Shown piece by piece: positions 18,073-26,892 of a stretch of DNA of 64,000 bases. Both the position numbers and the translations under genes were made by a program. Each line of letters starts with the position of its first letter. The stretch's first letter is position 1. Under the pieces are notes generated by a model. That model did no database searches, was not told the origin of the DNA, and worked only from the letters and a program-made list of their open reading frames with translations. Origin of the DNA: Clostridia bacterium (lineage in GTDB: Bacteria > Bacillota > Clostridia > Christensenellales > CAG-138); assembly GCA_045603585.1 (NCBI GenBank), contig JAZUMK010000013.1:45914-109913 (forward strand). The letters run 5' to 3'.

Positions 18073-19056
18073 TTATTGCAGCGGCTGCACCTTCAAAAGG
18101 GCTGCCTTTGTTTTTTCATCTGCAAAGGAGGCTTCTATGGCATAGTTGTTCATCCGTACGATATCTTCATCCGTAAAGCCCATTCTGCGGCAAAGGTCGT
18201 ATTCCTTTTCAAGGTCGGTATCCAGCACCGTAAGGTTGTCGGTATTTACCGTGACACGTGCGCCTTTTTTATACAGCACATACAATGGGTGTGTCTGGTC
18301 GCAGGAGAGACCGTATTCGTAGGAAAGGCTGCTGTCGGGACACATTTCCAGCGTTACTTTGCGGGCGATCACCTGCTGGGTCAAGGCGGGGTCAAGAGCG
18401 GCCTGATAGCCGTGGCCTATGCGGGAGGTGCCGTATTTAAGGGCTTCGCCAACGGTGAATTCACTGTGGGTTGTGGCGGGGATGCCAAGGAAGCGGGCCA
18501 GCTCAAAAATATCTGCAAATTCGGGCATGCGTTCCTCATAGCCGGCCATATCCACAGCGCAAACGCCCTTGCCGAGATATTTGGCGGCAAGGCGTACGGT
18601 TTCCATGTTTTCCGCGTGATTTTCGGCAGGGTCGCAATGGTTCATGGCGCATAGAATCAGCCCGGCTTTCAGTGCGGCGCAGTTATGCAAGCCTTCGTTA
18701 AGCCCCTGAATGGCGGCCAATACAGCATCTTCCTGTGTCATGCCGCCATTTAGATGGTATTGAGGGGCAAAGCGCAGCTCGGCATAGATCAATCCTTCTT
18801 TATCCAGCCGCTCCACCAGCTCCCGGGTGATACGGCAAATTCCTTCGGGAGTCTGCATCACCCTGAGGGGAGGATCGAATGTAAGAAAATCCGGATCGTA
18901 CTCACCCTCGGGAATTGTCATGGAGTGCCGTATTTCATCAAGCGACATATCACATTCCGGATGAATATTGTATTTGCGTGCAAGCTCAAAAACCGTCTCA
19001 GGCTTTGCGGAGCCGTCAATATGCAGATGTAGATCTGTTTTATTGAGTATTTTCAT
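18073..19056 (-). CDS. add: Adenosine deaminase family protein
   Basis: DLHLHIDGS metal-binding start, ...GHGY..., ...VTVNTDN... motifs. 327 aa. Confidence 0.85.
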   Translation of the reverse strand: MKILNKTDLHLHIDGSAKPETVFELARKYNIHPECDMSLDEIRHSMTIPEGEYDPDFLTFDPPLRVMQTPEGICRITRELVERLDKEGLIYAELRFAPQYHLNGGMTQEDAVLAAIQGLNEGLHNCAALKAGLILCAMNHCDPAENHAENMETVRLAAKYLGKGVCAVDMAGYEERMPEFADIFELARFLGIPATTHSEFTVGEALKYGTSRIGHGYQAALDPALTQQVIARKVTLEMCPDSSLSYEYGLSCDQTHPLYVLYKKGARVTVNTDNLTVLDTDLEKEYDLCRRMGFTDEDIVRMNNYAIEASFADEKTKAALLKVQPLQ

Positions 19057-19209
19057 AATTTATCCTCCCAGTATGGGTATATAACAATTATACAACAGGG
19101 GAGCATTTTACCCAAGGCAGATAATTAACAAATGGCCTTTTTTACTATACAAGTAAATATCTGTTTGATAATATAGATATCATCAGGCAAATCTATTAAG
19201 GTAAAAAAC

Positions 19210-19971
19210 ATGGGAAAGATAAAACGAAACAGCATCATCAAAAGAATAATAATCATGACTGCATTTGCGGCATTGATCAGTGTATTTTCCGGATGCGGTA
19301 GCAATACCTGTCGGGTGGATTATTGCGGCCAGGAAGCGCTTTACAGAGGTCATAAAGAACGGTATGAGCCGGGTGAGCAGGTTGAGTTTTATTATAAGCG
19401 CAGCGATTCGGACGGGGAGTATACCTTCTTTCTGGGCGAAAAACAGATTGTTCCGGTGCCGTACAGTGAAGATGAAGATATTATATGGTTTGTAATGCCG
19501 GATAAAGAGGTTAAGCTTGAGCGGGTCAAAAACAGCGAAATAAAGGCGGAGCATATGGTTGGGCGCGATATTCTGCTGGTGAATTATTATAGGGAAACCG
19601 TGGCTGCCGCAGATGGGGACGGCTATTTTGAGATGGTGCTCAGCACGACAGAAGAGGCAGATAAAGCCGCGCTCAATGTATATCGCAAAGACGAGGGAGA
19701 GGATGAAACCTGCAGAAGCTATATAGTCCCCTTTGAAGCTGTTGAGAGGTGCTATCAGGCAATTATAGAGAGCGATATGCGGGGATGGAATGAGCTAGAA
19801 AACTCAATTAGTGCTGACGGAGCATTGACGGTATGCAAATTCAGGTTTGGCGATACTGTGCTGCGTATCACATCGGAATCCATGCCTGCGGATGGAGAGG
19901 CTGCCCTGGATAATATCAGGGAGATAATGTCTGGATATATGCAGGATGCGTATTTTGCAGGCGAATGGTAA
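19210..19971 (+). CDS. Hypothetical lipoprotein
   Basis: Signal peptide with lipobox ...LISVFSGC. No recognisable domain. Confidence 0.6.
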   Translation: MGKIKRNSIIKRIIIMTAFAALISVFSGCGSNTCRVDYCGQEALYRGHKERYEPGEQVEFYYKRSDSDGEYTFFLGEKQIVPVPYSEDEDIIWFVMPDKEVKLERVKNSEIKAEHMVGRDILLVNYYRETVAAADGDGYFEMVLSTTEEADKAALNVYRKDEGEDETCRSYIVPFEAVERCYQAIIESDMRGWNELENSISADGALTVCKFRFGDTVLRITSESMPADGEAALDNIREIMSGYMQDAYFAGEW

Positions 19972-20010
19972 TAAGTTTATAACTCAAGCAAGAGGGACGG
20001 AGCAAAAGCT

Positions 20011-20742
20011 ATGAAAAAGCTGTATAAAAAAGAACCCATATGGTTTGCGGTATTGTGGATAGTTATATATGTGGTATGCTTCAGCGCGGCGGATGGAATA
20101 TCCGAAAGCATGGGCATGCCCAAACTCATTACGGCATTGGTTGGATTGCTGCTGTCCATCATGCTTATCGGATTTATCAGGCGGGAAGGCCTGACGGAGC
20201 ATTTTGGTCTGTGCGGGTTTAAGGGAAACAAAAGGGACTTTCTCTTTTTTATTCCGTTGATAGTTATTTCTTCGGTTAATCTGTGGAATGGGCTGCAGCT
20301 TCAGTGTTCTGCGACTGAAGCGGCATTGGGCGTAATCAGTATGTGCTTTGTGGCGATCCTGGAGGAAGTTATCTTCCGCGGATTGCTTTTTAAAGGCATG
20401 AGCGAGGATAACCTGAAGATCGCGGTTATTGTTTCATCACTTACATTCGGCTTCGGGCATATAGTAAATCTGCTGCTGGGTGAGCCGATATTTGAAACGC
20501 TGCTGCAGCTCGTTTATGCTTCTGCCGTTGGTTTTTGCTTTACTGCGGTATTTATTGCCGGAGGCAGCGTTATACCCTGTATCCTTTCTCATGCAGCGGT
20601 AAATTGTTTCAGTATTTTTGCGGTTCAGCCTTCTGACGGAGGGATTGTGCTTATAGCGGCTGTGCAGACAGTTGTCAGCACACTGTACGGCGTATGGCTG
20701 CTGAAAAGGCACAGCGCTGCAAATAAGCAAACTTCAGCATAA
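20011..20742 (+). CDS. CPBP-family intramembrane glutamic endopeptidase (CAAX protease/Abi-like)
   Basis: Motifs AILEEVIFRGLLF and FGFGH.... Confidence 0.8.
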   Translation: MKKLYKKEPIWFAVLWIVIYVVCFSAADGISESMGMPKLITALVGLLLSIMLIGFIRREGLTEHFGLCGFKGNKRDFLFFIPLIVISSVNLWNGLQLQCSATEAALGVISMCFVAILEEVIFRGLLFKGMSEDNLKIAVIVSSLTFGFGHIVNLLLGEPIFETLLQLVYASAVGFCFTAVFIAGGSVIPCILSHAAVNCFSIFAVQPSDGGIVLIAAVQTVVSTLYGVWLLKRHSAANKQTSA

Positions 20743-20826
20743 TATGGCGGTTTGTCGCTTACAGTGGTATTATATAAAAAAATACAGCTTTTGCCGTTTC
20801 TGTATCAAACGTCAGCAAGGAGATAT

Positions 20827-21507
20827 ATGAAAAAGACGTTTTATTCGGAGATGGCTTATTTTATTGGCATAATCCTGCTTGCGCTGGGCACGGCAATGAT
20901 GGAGCAGGCGAATTTCGGCATGTCCATGGTGGTTGCACCGGCATATCTGCTTCATTTGAAGGTATCGGAAACATTCTCGTTTTTCTCATTCGGCATGGCG
21001 GAGTATGTATTGCAGGGCGTGCTGCTGATAATCATGTCGCTGGTATTGAGACGATTTAAAAAGGCCTATCTTTTTTCCTTTATTACCGCGGTATTTTACG
21101 GTTTTGCGCTGGATGCCATGCTGAGCCTGATGGGGTATGTGCAAAGCGACGGAATGGCGCTGAGGGTGTTTTTCTACATAGGGGGCATGATAGTATGCGC
21201 CATCGGTATAGCGATGCTGTTTCATACCTATATACCTCTTGAAGCATACGAGATGTTTGTTAAAGAGGTGTCCGCAAAAATAGGGATGGATATCAATAAA
21301 TTCAAAACCATTTACGATTGCACAAGCTGCGCCATAGCGGTAATAATGTCATTTGCGTTCTTTGGCTTTGGACAATTTGAAGGGGTAAAACTGGGCACCG
21401 TGCTGTGTGCATTGGTAAACGGATGGATGATAGGCCAATGCTCAAAACGGCTTGAGCAGCTGTTTGAGTTTACAGACGGCACAAAGCTGGCGGAATTTTT
21501 CAGGTAG
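20827..21507 (+). CDS. Polytopic membrane protein (YczE/DUF6198-like)
   Basis: MKKTFYSEMAYFIGIILLALGTAMMEQANFGMSMVVAPAY... AGGAGA RBS precedes ATG 20827. Confidence 0.55.
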   Translation: MKKTFYSEMAYFIGIILLALGTAMMEQANFGMSMVVAPAYLLHLKVSETFSFFSFGMAEYVLQGVLLIIMSLVLRRFKKAYLFSFITAVFYGFALDAMLSLMGYVQSDGMALRVFFYIGGMIVCAIGIAMLFHTYIPLEAYEMFVKEVSAKIGMDINKFKTIYDCTSCAIAVIMSFAFFGFGQFEGVKLGTVLCALVNGWMIGQCSKRLEQLFEFTDGTKLAEFFR

Positions 21508-21605
21508 CCGCATAAAAATTAACGTTCCGGTTGGAAAGAGATGGAAAAAGTGGTAAAATATATATGATGATAATCTGAATAAAAATGATAACGGAAGGGC
21601 TGCCT

Positions 21606-22376
21606 ATGAAAATTCTTATTGCAAAGGAACATAGCGCATACTGCCACGAGCTGGCAGACTATTTGGGCAAAATGTCAATATTTGATATTATGCCCTTTGC
21701 CCATGACGGATATCAGACAATACAGAATATCGCCATCGAAAAGCCCGACGTATTGCTGCTGGATGCGGTACTTCCCAATATGGATGGTATAGGCGTACTG
21801 AAAAAGCTGAATGCCATGAGATTATCAGAGGGAATACGTATACTGGTAATGGCTCCCTTCAAGGATGATGAAATGATAGATAAGCTGATGAGGCTTGGCG
21901 CACTGTACGTAATACAGCTTCCTGCGGTGCCTTCTCAGGTATTCAGCCGGATTGTGGATTTTGCCATAGATGACGATTTAGTCAGAAAAGAAGCAGAGGA
22001 AAGAAAAGAGAACAATCGTACAGAGCTGAGGGATAAGGTAATAACAAATTACTTTTATGCCATAAGAGCGCCTCTCAATCTCCTGGGATACAAACTGGCA
22101 AGGGCTGCGGTGACCTATTGCGTGGATAATTACAATGCTCAGCCATACATAACCAAAGAAGTATATCCCTTTGTTGCAGAGCTTTTTAATTCCACTCCAA
22201 AGCAGGTGGAACGAAATATCCGCACATTCATCGAAGCCACGTGGCAGCGGGGCGATATGGAAAACATAAACAAGCTTTTCGGATACTCCGTCAGCCAGCA
22301 TAAGGGACGTCCTACCAATAAAGAGTTTATCGCGTTGCTTACAGAGCGCAGCGTTATGCGCATCCGCCAAGGTTAG
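21606..22376 (+). CDS. spo0A: Spo0A-family sporulation regulator with an atypical receiver domain
   Basis: The C-terminal domain ITKEVYPFVAELFNSTPKQVERNIRTFIEATWQRGDMENINKLFGYSVSQHKGRPTNKEFIALL is a clear Spo0A_C domain. The N-terminal receiver fold keeps LLLDAVLPNMDG. Confidence 0.85.
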   Translation: MKILIAKEHSAYCHELADYLGKMSIFDIMPFAHDGYQTIQNIAIEKPDVLLLDAVLPNMDGIGVLKKLNAMRLSEGIRILVMAPFKDDEMIDKLMRLGALYVIQLPAVPSQVFSRIVDFAIDDDLVRKEAEERKENNRTELRDKVITNYFYAIRAPLNLLGYKLARAAVTYCVDNYNAQPYITKEVYPFVAELFNSTPKQVERNIRTFIEATWQRGDMENINKLFGYSVSQHKGRPTNKEFIALLTERSVMRIRQG

Positions 22377-22441
22377 CAGTTGTAATTTATACTCCCTGCG
22401 TGTCATAGTTTATTATAAACTGGACATGCGGGGGGTTATTT

Positions 22442-22927
22442 ATGAAGGGCATAAAAAGCAGATGGTATATAGTGTGCTTTGCCGCCATAATGGGCTTTAC
22501 CGCCGGGGCGGCAACGGCATTGAATCCGGAATATCTGGAAGCGGCATTTAATGCAATGGGTGAAGTGCAGGGGAGCGTTCTGCTGAGCCTTGCGCTTTTG
22601 AGTATGCTGTGGAATACGGCTCTTTACAGCTTTTGCAGAATTTTTTCCGGTAAAGGCGGTATTGCGCTGTCTGTTTTTGCGGTGTGGCTTAAGGCTGTGC
22701 TGATGGGGCTTTTTTGCAGGGGGCTGTGGGCAAATATCAGGGGCATCAACGTATTGCTGATACTGCTTACGGTATTTGGCGGAGTTTGTATATGCCTTGG
22801 TATGATAATGGACAGGGAGGAAACGAAAGATAAACATAAAGCGCTTGCGGTTTGGCTTTGCGGAGTAACTGCTGAGGGGATAATCATTCCTTCCGCCGTA
22901 AGAACATGGGCGCTTATATTCAACTGA
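22442..22927 (+). CDS. Hypothetical membrane protein
   Basis: 161 aa with 4-5 hydrophobic segments. No motif recognised. Confidence 0.5.
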   Translation: MKGIKSRWYIVCFAAIMGFTAGAATALNPEYLEAAFNAMGEVQGSVLLSLALLSMLWNTALYSFCRIFSGKGGIALSVFAVWLKAVLMGLFCRGLWANIRGINVLLILLTVFGGVCICLGMIMDREETKDKHKALAVWLCGVTAEGIIIPSAVRTWALIFN

Positions 22928-23004
22928 ATTGACTGCCCGGCAGGCGGAATGGTAAAATCAATATACACACAGCAATCAAATCTAACGAAAGGTATATAAA
23001 AGTA

Positions 23005-24177
23005 ATGTCAGATAAAAGAGCAATAGTTATCGTAATAGACAGCGCAGGTATAGGTGCATTGCCGGATGCTGCAGAGTTTGGCGATGAAGGCGCGCATACT
23101 TTTGGCAATATATACAAGACACGGGGCAGGCTGGAGATCCCCAATATGAGGGAGCTGGGCATAGCCGCAATAGAAGATGCCCGCCTTGAACCCTTTGAAG
23201 GGGAGATACAGGGCTGCTATGGCCGCGCGGCCGAAATGACCAAGGCGAAGGATACAACCTGCGGCCATTGGGAAATGACCGGCATAATCATGGAGGAACC
23301 CTTCAGAACATATCCTAACGGCTTTCCTCCACATATTATGGATGCTTTTGAGCAGGCCGTTGGCAGGGGGACCCTTGGCAACAAAGTCGCATCCGGCACT
23401 GCGATAATTCAGGAGCTGGGCGATGAGCATATTGCCACAGGCAAGCCTATCGTTTATACCTCTGCAGACAGCGTATTTCAGATAGCCGCCCATGAGGATG
23501 TGATCCCCCTTGAGGAGCTTTACTCCATGTGTGAAAAGGCACGCGCCCTGCTTAAGGGCAAGGATCTGGTTGGCCGCGTAATAGCCCGTCCCTTTATTAC
23601 AGGCGAAAAAGAATACGTTCGTACCGAAAACCGCAAGGATTACGCCATTCCACCCATCGAGGATACCATTCTGGATGGATTGGTTGCCAAGGGATATGAA
23701 ACCGTTGCCGTGGGCAAAATCGAGGATATCTTCTTTAAGCGCGGGATCACTACAGTAAACCATACCAAAAACAATCCTGACGGAATCGAGGCAACCATTG
23801 AATACATAAAGGCAGGCACAGGCGATTTCATATTCACAAATCTGGTGGATACCGATATGCTGTATGGCCATCGAAATGACGTTGAGGGCTATGCGCAGTC
23901 TCTGGAAGCCTTTGACGCAAAGCTGCCGGAAATAACCGCAGCAATGAAGGATGGCGATATACTTATCGTTACTGCGGACCATGGCTGCGATCCCGCATAT
24001 CCAGGAACCGATCACACCCGCGAATACATTCCCATACTGGTATGGGGCAAAAACGTGAAGAAGGGTGTATCTCTTGGCACAAGGGAGACCTTTGCGGATA
24101 TAGGCAGCACGGTATTTGAATACCTTACCGGAGAGCCCTGGAGCACAGGAAAATCCTTCCTCAGCGAAATAATTTAA
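23005..24177 (+). CDS. deoB: Phosphopentomutase
   Basis: VIVIDSAGIGALPDAAEFGDEGAHT..., ...TADHGCDP.... Confidence 0.95.
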   Translation: MSDKRAIVIVIDSAGIGALPDAAEFGDEGAHTFGNIYKTRGRLEIPNMRELGIAAIEDARLEPFEGEIQGCYGRAAEMTKAKDTTCGHWEMTGIIMEEPFRTYPNGFPPHIMDAFEQAVGRGTLGNKVASGTAIIQELGDEHIATGKPIVYTSADSVFQIAAHEDVIPLEELYSMCEKARALLKGKDLVGRVIARPFITGEKEYVRTENRKDYAIPPIEDTILDGLVAKGYETVAVGKIEDIFFKRGITTVNHTKNNPDGIEATIEYIKAGTGDFIFTNLVDTDMLYGHRNDVEGYAQSLEAFDAKLPEITAAMKDGDILIVTADHGCDPAYPGTDHTREYIPILVWGKNVKKGVSLGTRETFADIGSTVFEYLTGEPWSTGKSFLSEII

Positions 24178-24194
24178 TAATAACGCAATATCGG

Positions 24195-24234
24195 CCTCCT
24201 TTGCCTAATAGACATATACATAAGGCAAAGGAGG
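24195..24234 (+). promoter_or_regulatory. Hairpin that pairs an anti-SD sequence with the SD of the downstream gene; it may also act as the deoB terminator
   Basis: Perfect 12-bp stem CCTCCTTTGCCT (24195-24206) / AGGCAAAGGAGG (24223-24234). The 3' arm contains the AAGGAGG RBS for ATG 24242. Confidence 0.5.
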
Positions 24235-24241
24235 TCTTATT

Positions 24242-25378
24242 ATGCTGAAAAAGTGTATTTGCACAGCGGTGGCAGCTGTTATGCTATTGGGATTCAACGT
24301 GGCCTATGCTGAGGAATATCCTGTGGATATAAGCGGAATAAAAGCGGCTGTAGTAATAGAGCAAACCGGCAGCCAGGTGATAATGGAGCATAATGCCGAT
24401 GAGAGGATGGACACAGGCGGGTTATCCAGACTGCCTGTTTTATTGGCGGTATGCAATAAAATAGACAGCGGGGCAGTGGCTCTGACCGACATCATAACTG
24501 TAAGCGCAGCGGCGGCAAAAGTCAGCGGACCTACGGCGTTTCTGGAGGAATACGAACAGATGCAAGTATCTGCGCTGCTGAAGGCGGCGGTTATGATATG
24601 CGCGGGGGATGCAATATACGCCCTTGGGGAGGGAATTTACGGCTCTGCCGAGGCGTGTGTGCTCGCGGTTAACAATACCATGGCAGATATGGGAATAGAT
24701 GTGAATTGTGCCGATTTAACAGGAAGCGGGATAAGCTTTTCTGCAAATGAAATTGCAATGATAGGCGCCGCACTTATGAAAAGCCAGAGCTTTATGCTGT
24801 ACAGCGGCTTATATTATGACAGCATAGAACATTCGGACGGGCGTACGACGGAACTGGCAAGCTCTAACAAGCTGCTGAAAAGCTGCGTTGGAACAAACGG
24901 AGTGGGAACGGGATCATCCGCTTCAGCGGGATATTGCGGGGTTTTTTCGGTGAAGAGGGGAAATACCGGCTATGTATGTGCTGTGCTTGGGGCGCAGAAT
25001 TCATCACGACGGGCAGAGAAGGCTCAGAGTATGCTGGAATATGCATTTGCCGCATATGATGCTAAGCTTCTTGCATCGGAGGGGGAGGTAATAGAGCAAA
25101 GCATCCCCGTAAAATCCGGAACGGTGTCTCGGATTGCTCTTGCTGCAAAGGAAACAACGGTTGCCCTTATACCGAAAAATGCCAAGCTGGAAGAGAAGCG
25201 GGATGTACCCGAAATATTGGAAGCGCCTGTAAGCAAGGGCGCGGTTGTTGGCAGTATTACATACCTGCTGGATGGAGAAACCATGGGCAAAGTAGAGCTT
25301 GTCAGCGCAGAGGGGGTGGAGCGGGCGAAAGTGATGGACTATGCCAGAATGTTTCTTCTCCAATGGGTGCATTGCTAA
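24242..25378 (+). CDS. D-alanyl-D-alanine carboxypeptidase (PBP5/S11) homolog with degenerate active-site motifs
   Basis: Signal peptide and overall collinearity with S11 carboxypeptidases, but SxxK is SRLP, SxN is AGD and KTG is GTG. Confidence 0.7.
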   Translation: MLKKCICTAVAAVMLLGFNVAYAEEYPVDISGIKAAVVIEQTGSQVIMEHNADERMDTGGLSRLPVLLAVCNKIDSGAVALTDIITVSAAAAKVSGPTAFLEEYEQMQVSALLKAAVMICAGDAIYALGEGIYGSAEACVLAVNNTMADMGIDVNCADLTGSGISFSANEIAMIGAALMKSQSFMLYSGLYYDSIEHSDGRTTELASSNKLLKSCVGTNGVGTGSSASAGYCGVFSVKRGNTGYVCAVLGAQNSSRRAEKAQSMLEYAFAAYDAKLLASEGEVIEQSIPVKSGTVSRIALAAKETTVALIPKNAKLEEKRDVPEILEAPVSKGAVVGSITYLLDGETMGKVELVSAEGVERAKVMDYARMFLLQWVHC

Positions 25379-25383
25379 GTTTG

Positions 25384-25412
25384 TTGCATAGTTTTTCCGG
25401 ATGACGTATAAT
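25384..25412 (+). promoter_or_regulatory. Putative sigma-A-type promoter
   Basis: TTGCAT (25384-25389), 17 nt, TATAAT (25407-25412). Confidence 0.5.
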
Positions 25413-25438
25413 AAACCTAATTATAAACATCGGGAGAC

Positions 25439-26116
25439 ATGCATTTGTTAAGTAGTATTTTTTCCGGTTCAGCCGGTTCTTTCATAATGGAATTACTGTA
25501 CAGGATGCCTGCAATACTTGTTGCGCTGGCATTCCATGAATGGGCTCACGCCTATGCGGCATACCGTTTGGGCGACCCTACGGCGTTTAATTTTGGCCGA
25601 ATGACGCTTAATCCGCTGGCACATATAGATCCCTGGGGATTTGTAATGCTTGCGCTGTTCCGCTTTGGCTGGGCAAAGCCTGTGCCTATAAATCCACGTC
25701 ATTTTAAAAATCCAAGGCGGGATGAAATAATCGTAGGCCTTGCAGGCGTTGTGACCAATCTGCTGTTGGCCTTTGCGGCAATGGGCGTATTTTATGGCAT
25801 CGCGGCCACTGTAGGTCTTAGAAATGCGGCGCTGAATACCATCATTTACTATTTTTACTTTATCAATCTCAGCCTTTGCGTATTCAATCTGCTGCCCATT
25901 CCTCCGCTGGATGGATATCAGGTATTTTCCACTCTGCTTGCCCGCAAAGTGGGCCTGAAGCCATTCCTTTTCCTTGAAAGGTATGGCTTTATGATACTGG
26001 TGATACTGTTGGCAACAGGAACCCTGAGCGGCATTATGTCTGTGGCGGTAAATTGGCTGATGAATGGCATGATTGCCATATACAACGGGCTTTTCGGCCT
26101 TATTGGATTGATTTAA
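25439..26116 (+). CDS. Site-2 protease family (M50) membrane metalloprotease
   Basis: HEWAHAYAA (HExxH) in a TM helix and a downstream LLPIPPLDG motif. Confidence 0.8.
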   Translation: MHLLSSIFSGSAGSFIMELLYRMPAILVALAFHEWAHAYAAYRLGDPTAFNFGRMTLNPLAHIDPWGFVMLALFRFGWAKPVPINPRHFKNPRRDEIIVGLAGVVTNLLLAFAAMGVFYGIAATVGLRNAALNTIIYYFYFINLSLCVFNLLPIPPLDGYQVFSTLLARKVGLKPFLFLERYGFMILVILLATGTLSGIMSVAVNWLMNGMIAIYNGLFGLIGLI

Positions 26117-26881
26117 ATGAGCTACGAAGTAAAACTTTCCCGCTTTGAGGGGCCGCTTGATCTGCTGCTTCACCTTATCGAGCAGGCAGAGGTGGATATA
26201 AAGGACATATTCATATCCGAGATCACATCACAATATCTGGAGTACATGAACCAGATAGATGAGCTGGATATGGACACCGCCAGCGAGTTTTTGACTATGG
26301 CGGCAACATTGGTATACATAAAATCCCGTTCTCTGCTGCCTCGTCCGCCAAAGGAAAACGCAGAGGAAGAGGAAGACCCGGCAGAGGCTCTTATCCGTCA
26401 GCTGCGTGAATACAGGGCTGCAAAGGAAGCGGGAGAAAAGCTTGCGGAATTATTAAAAGCAGCAAGCGGCGTATACTCAAAGCTTCCAGAGGAATTTGCC
26501 TTGCCTCCACAGGAGATAAACTGGGAAGAATCCTCCACCCAGAGCCTGCTTCGTGCCTTTACAGAGCTTATGGACAGGCGCCGCATGGAGCGCGCCAACG
26601 CCATAGATAAGCAGGAAGTGATGAATGATCAGTTTACCATACGCCGCCAGCTGGTAAAGATAAGGGACAGGCTGAGGGAGAAAAAGACACTTCGGTTTGA
26701 AGCCCTGTTTGACGAAGACGCATCCAAGATAGAGATGATAGTCACATTTATGTCTCTGCTGGATATGCTTATGCGGGGCGAAATAACCATAAAGCAGTCC
26801 GCGCCGTATGAGCCCATAAATATAACCGCCCTTAATATTCGGGAAGATGATGAAGATGCCGAATATATGGACGAGCAGTAA
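26117..26881 (+). CDS. scpA: Segregation and condensation protein A
   Basis: FEGPLDLLLHLIEQAEVDIKDIFISEIT N-terminus. Confidence 0.9.
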   Translation: MSYEVKLSRFEGPLDLLLHLIEQAEVDIKDIFISEITSQYLEYMNQIDELDMDTASEFLTMAATLVYIKSRSLLPRPPKENAEEEEDPAEALIRQLREYRAAKEAGEKLAELLKAASGVYSKLPEEFALPPQEINWEESSTQSLLRAFTELMDRRRMERANAIDKQEVMNDQFTIRRQLVKIRDRLREKKTLRFEALFDEDASKIEMIVTFMSLLDMLMRGEITIKQSAPYEPINITALNIREDDEDAEYMDEQ

Positions 26882-26892
26882 GGATGAAGTAA

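Noticed and set aside
23008-24015. 335-aa ORF antisense to deoB. Similar long antisense ORFs occur at 1044..1952, 6792..7784, 31564..32355, 45322..46128, 47359..48279 and 50109..51038.
   Set aside because: Each lies fully inside, and opposite to, a gene with unmistakable conserved motifs. Their translations are low-complexity or Cys/Arg/His-rich, with no recognisable domains or RBS. These are typical shadow ORFs of moderately GC-rich coding DNA.
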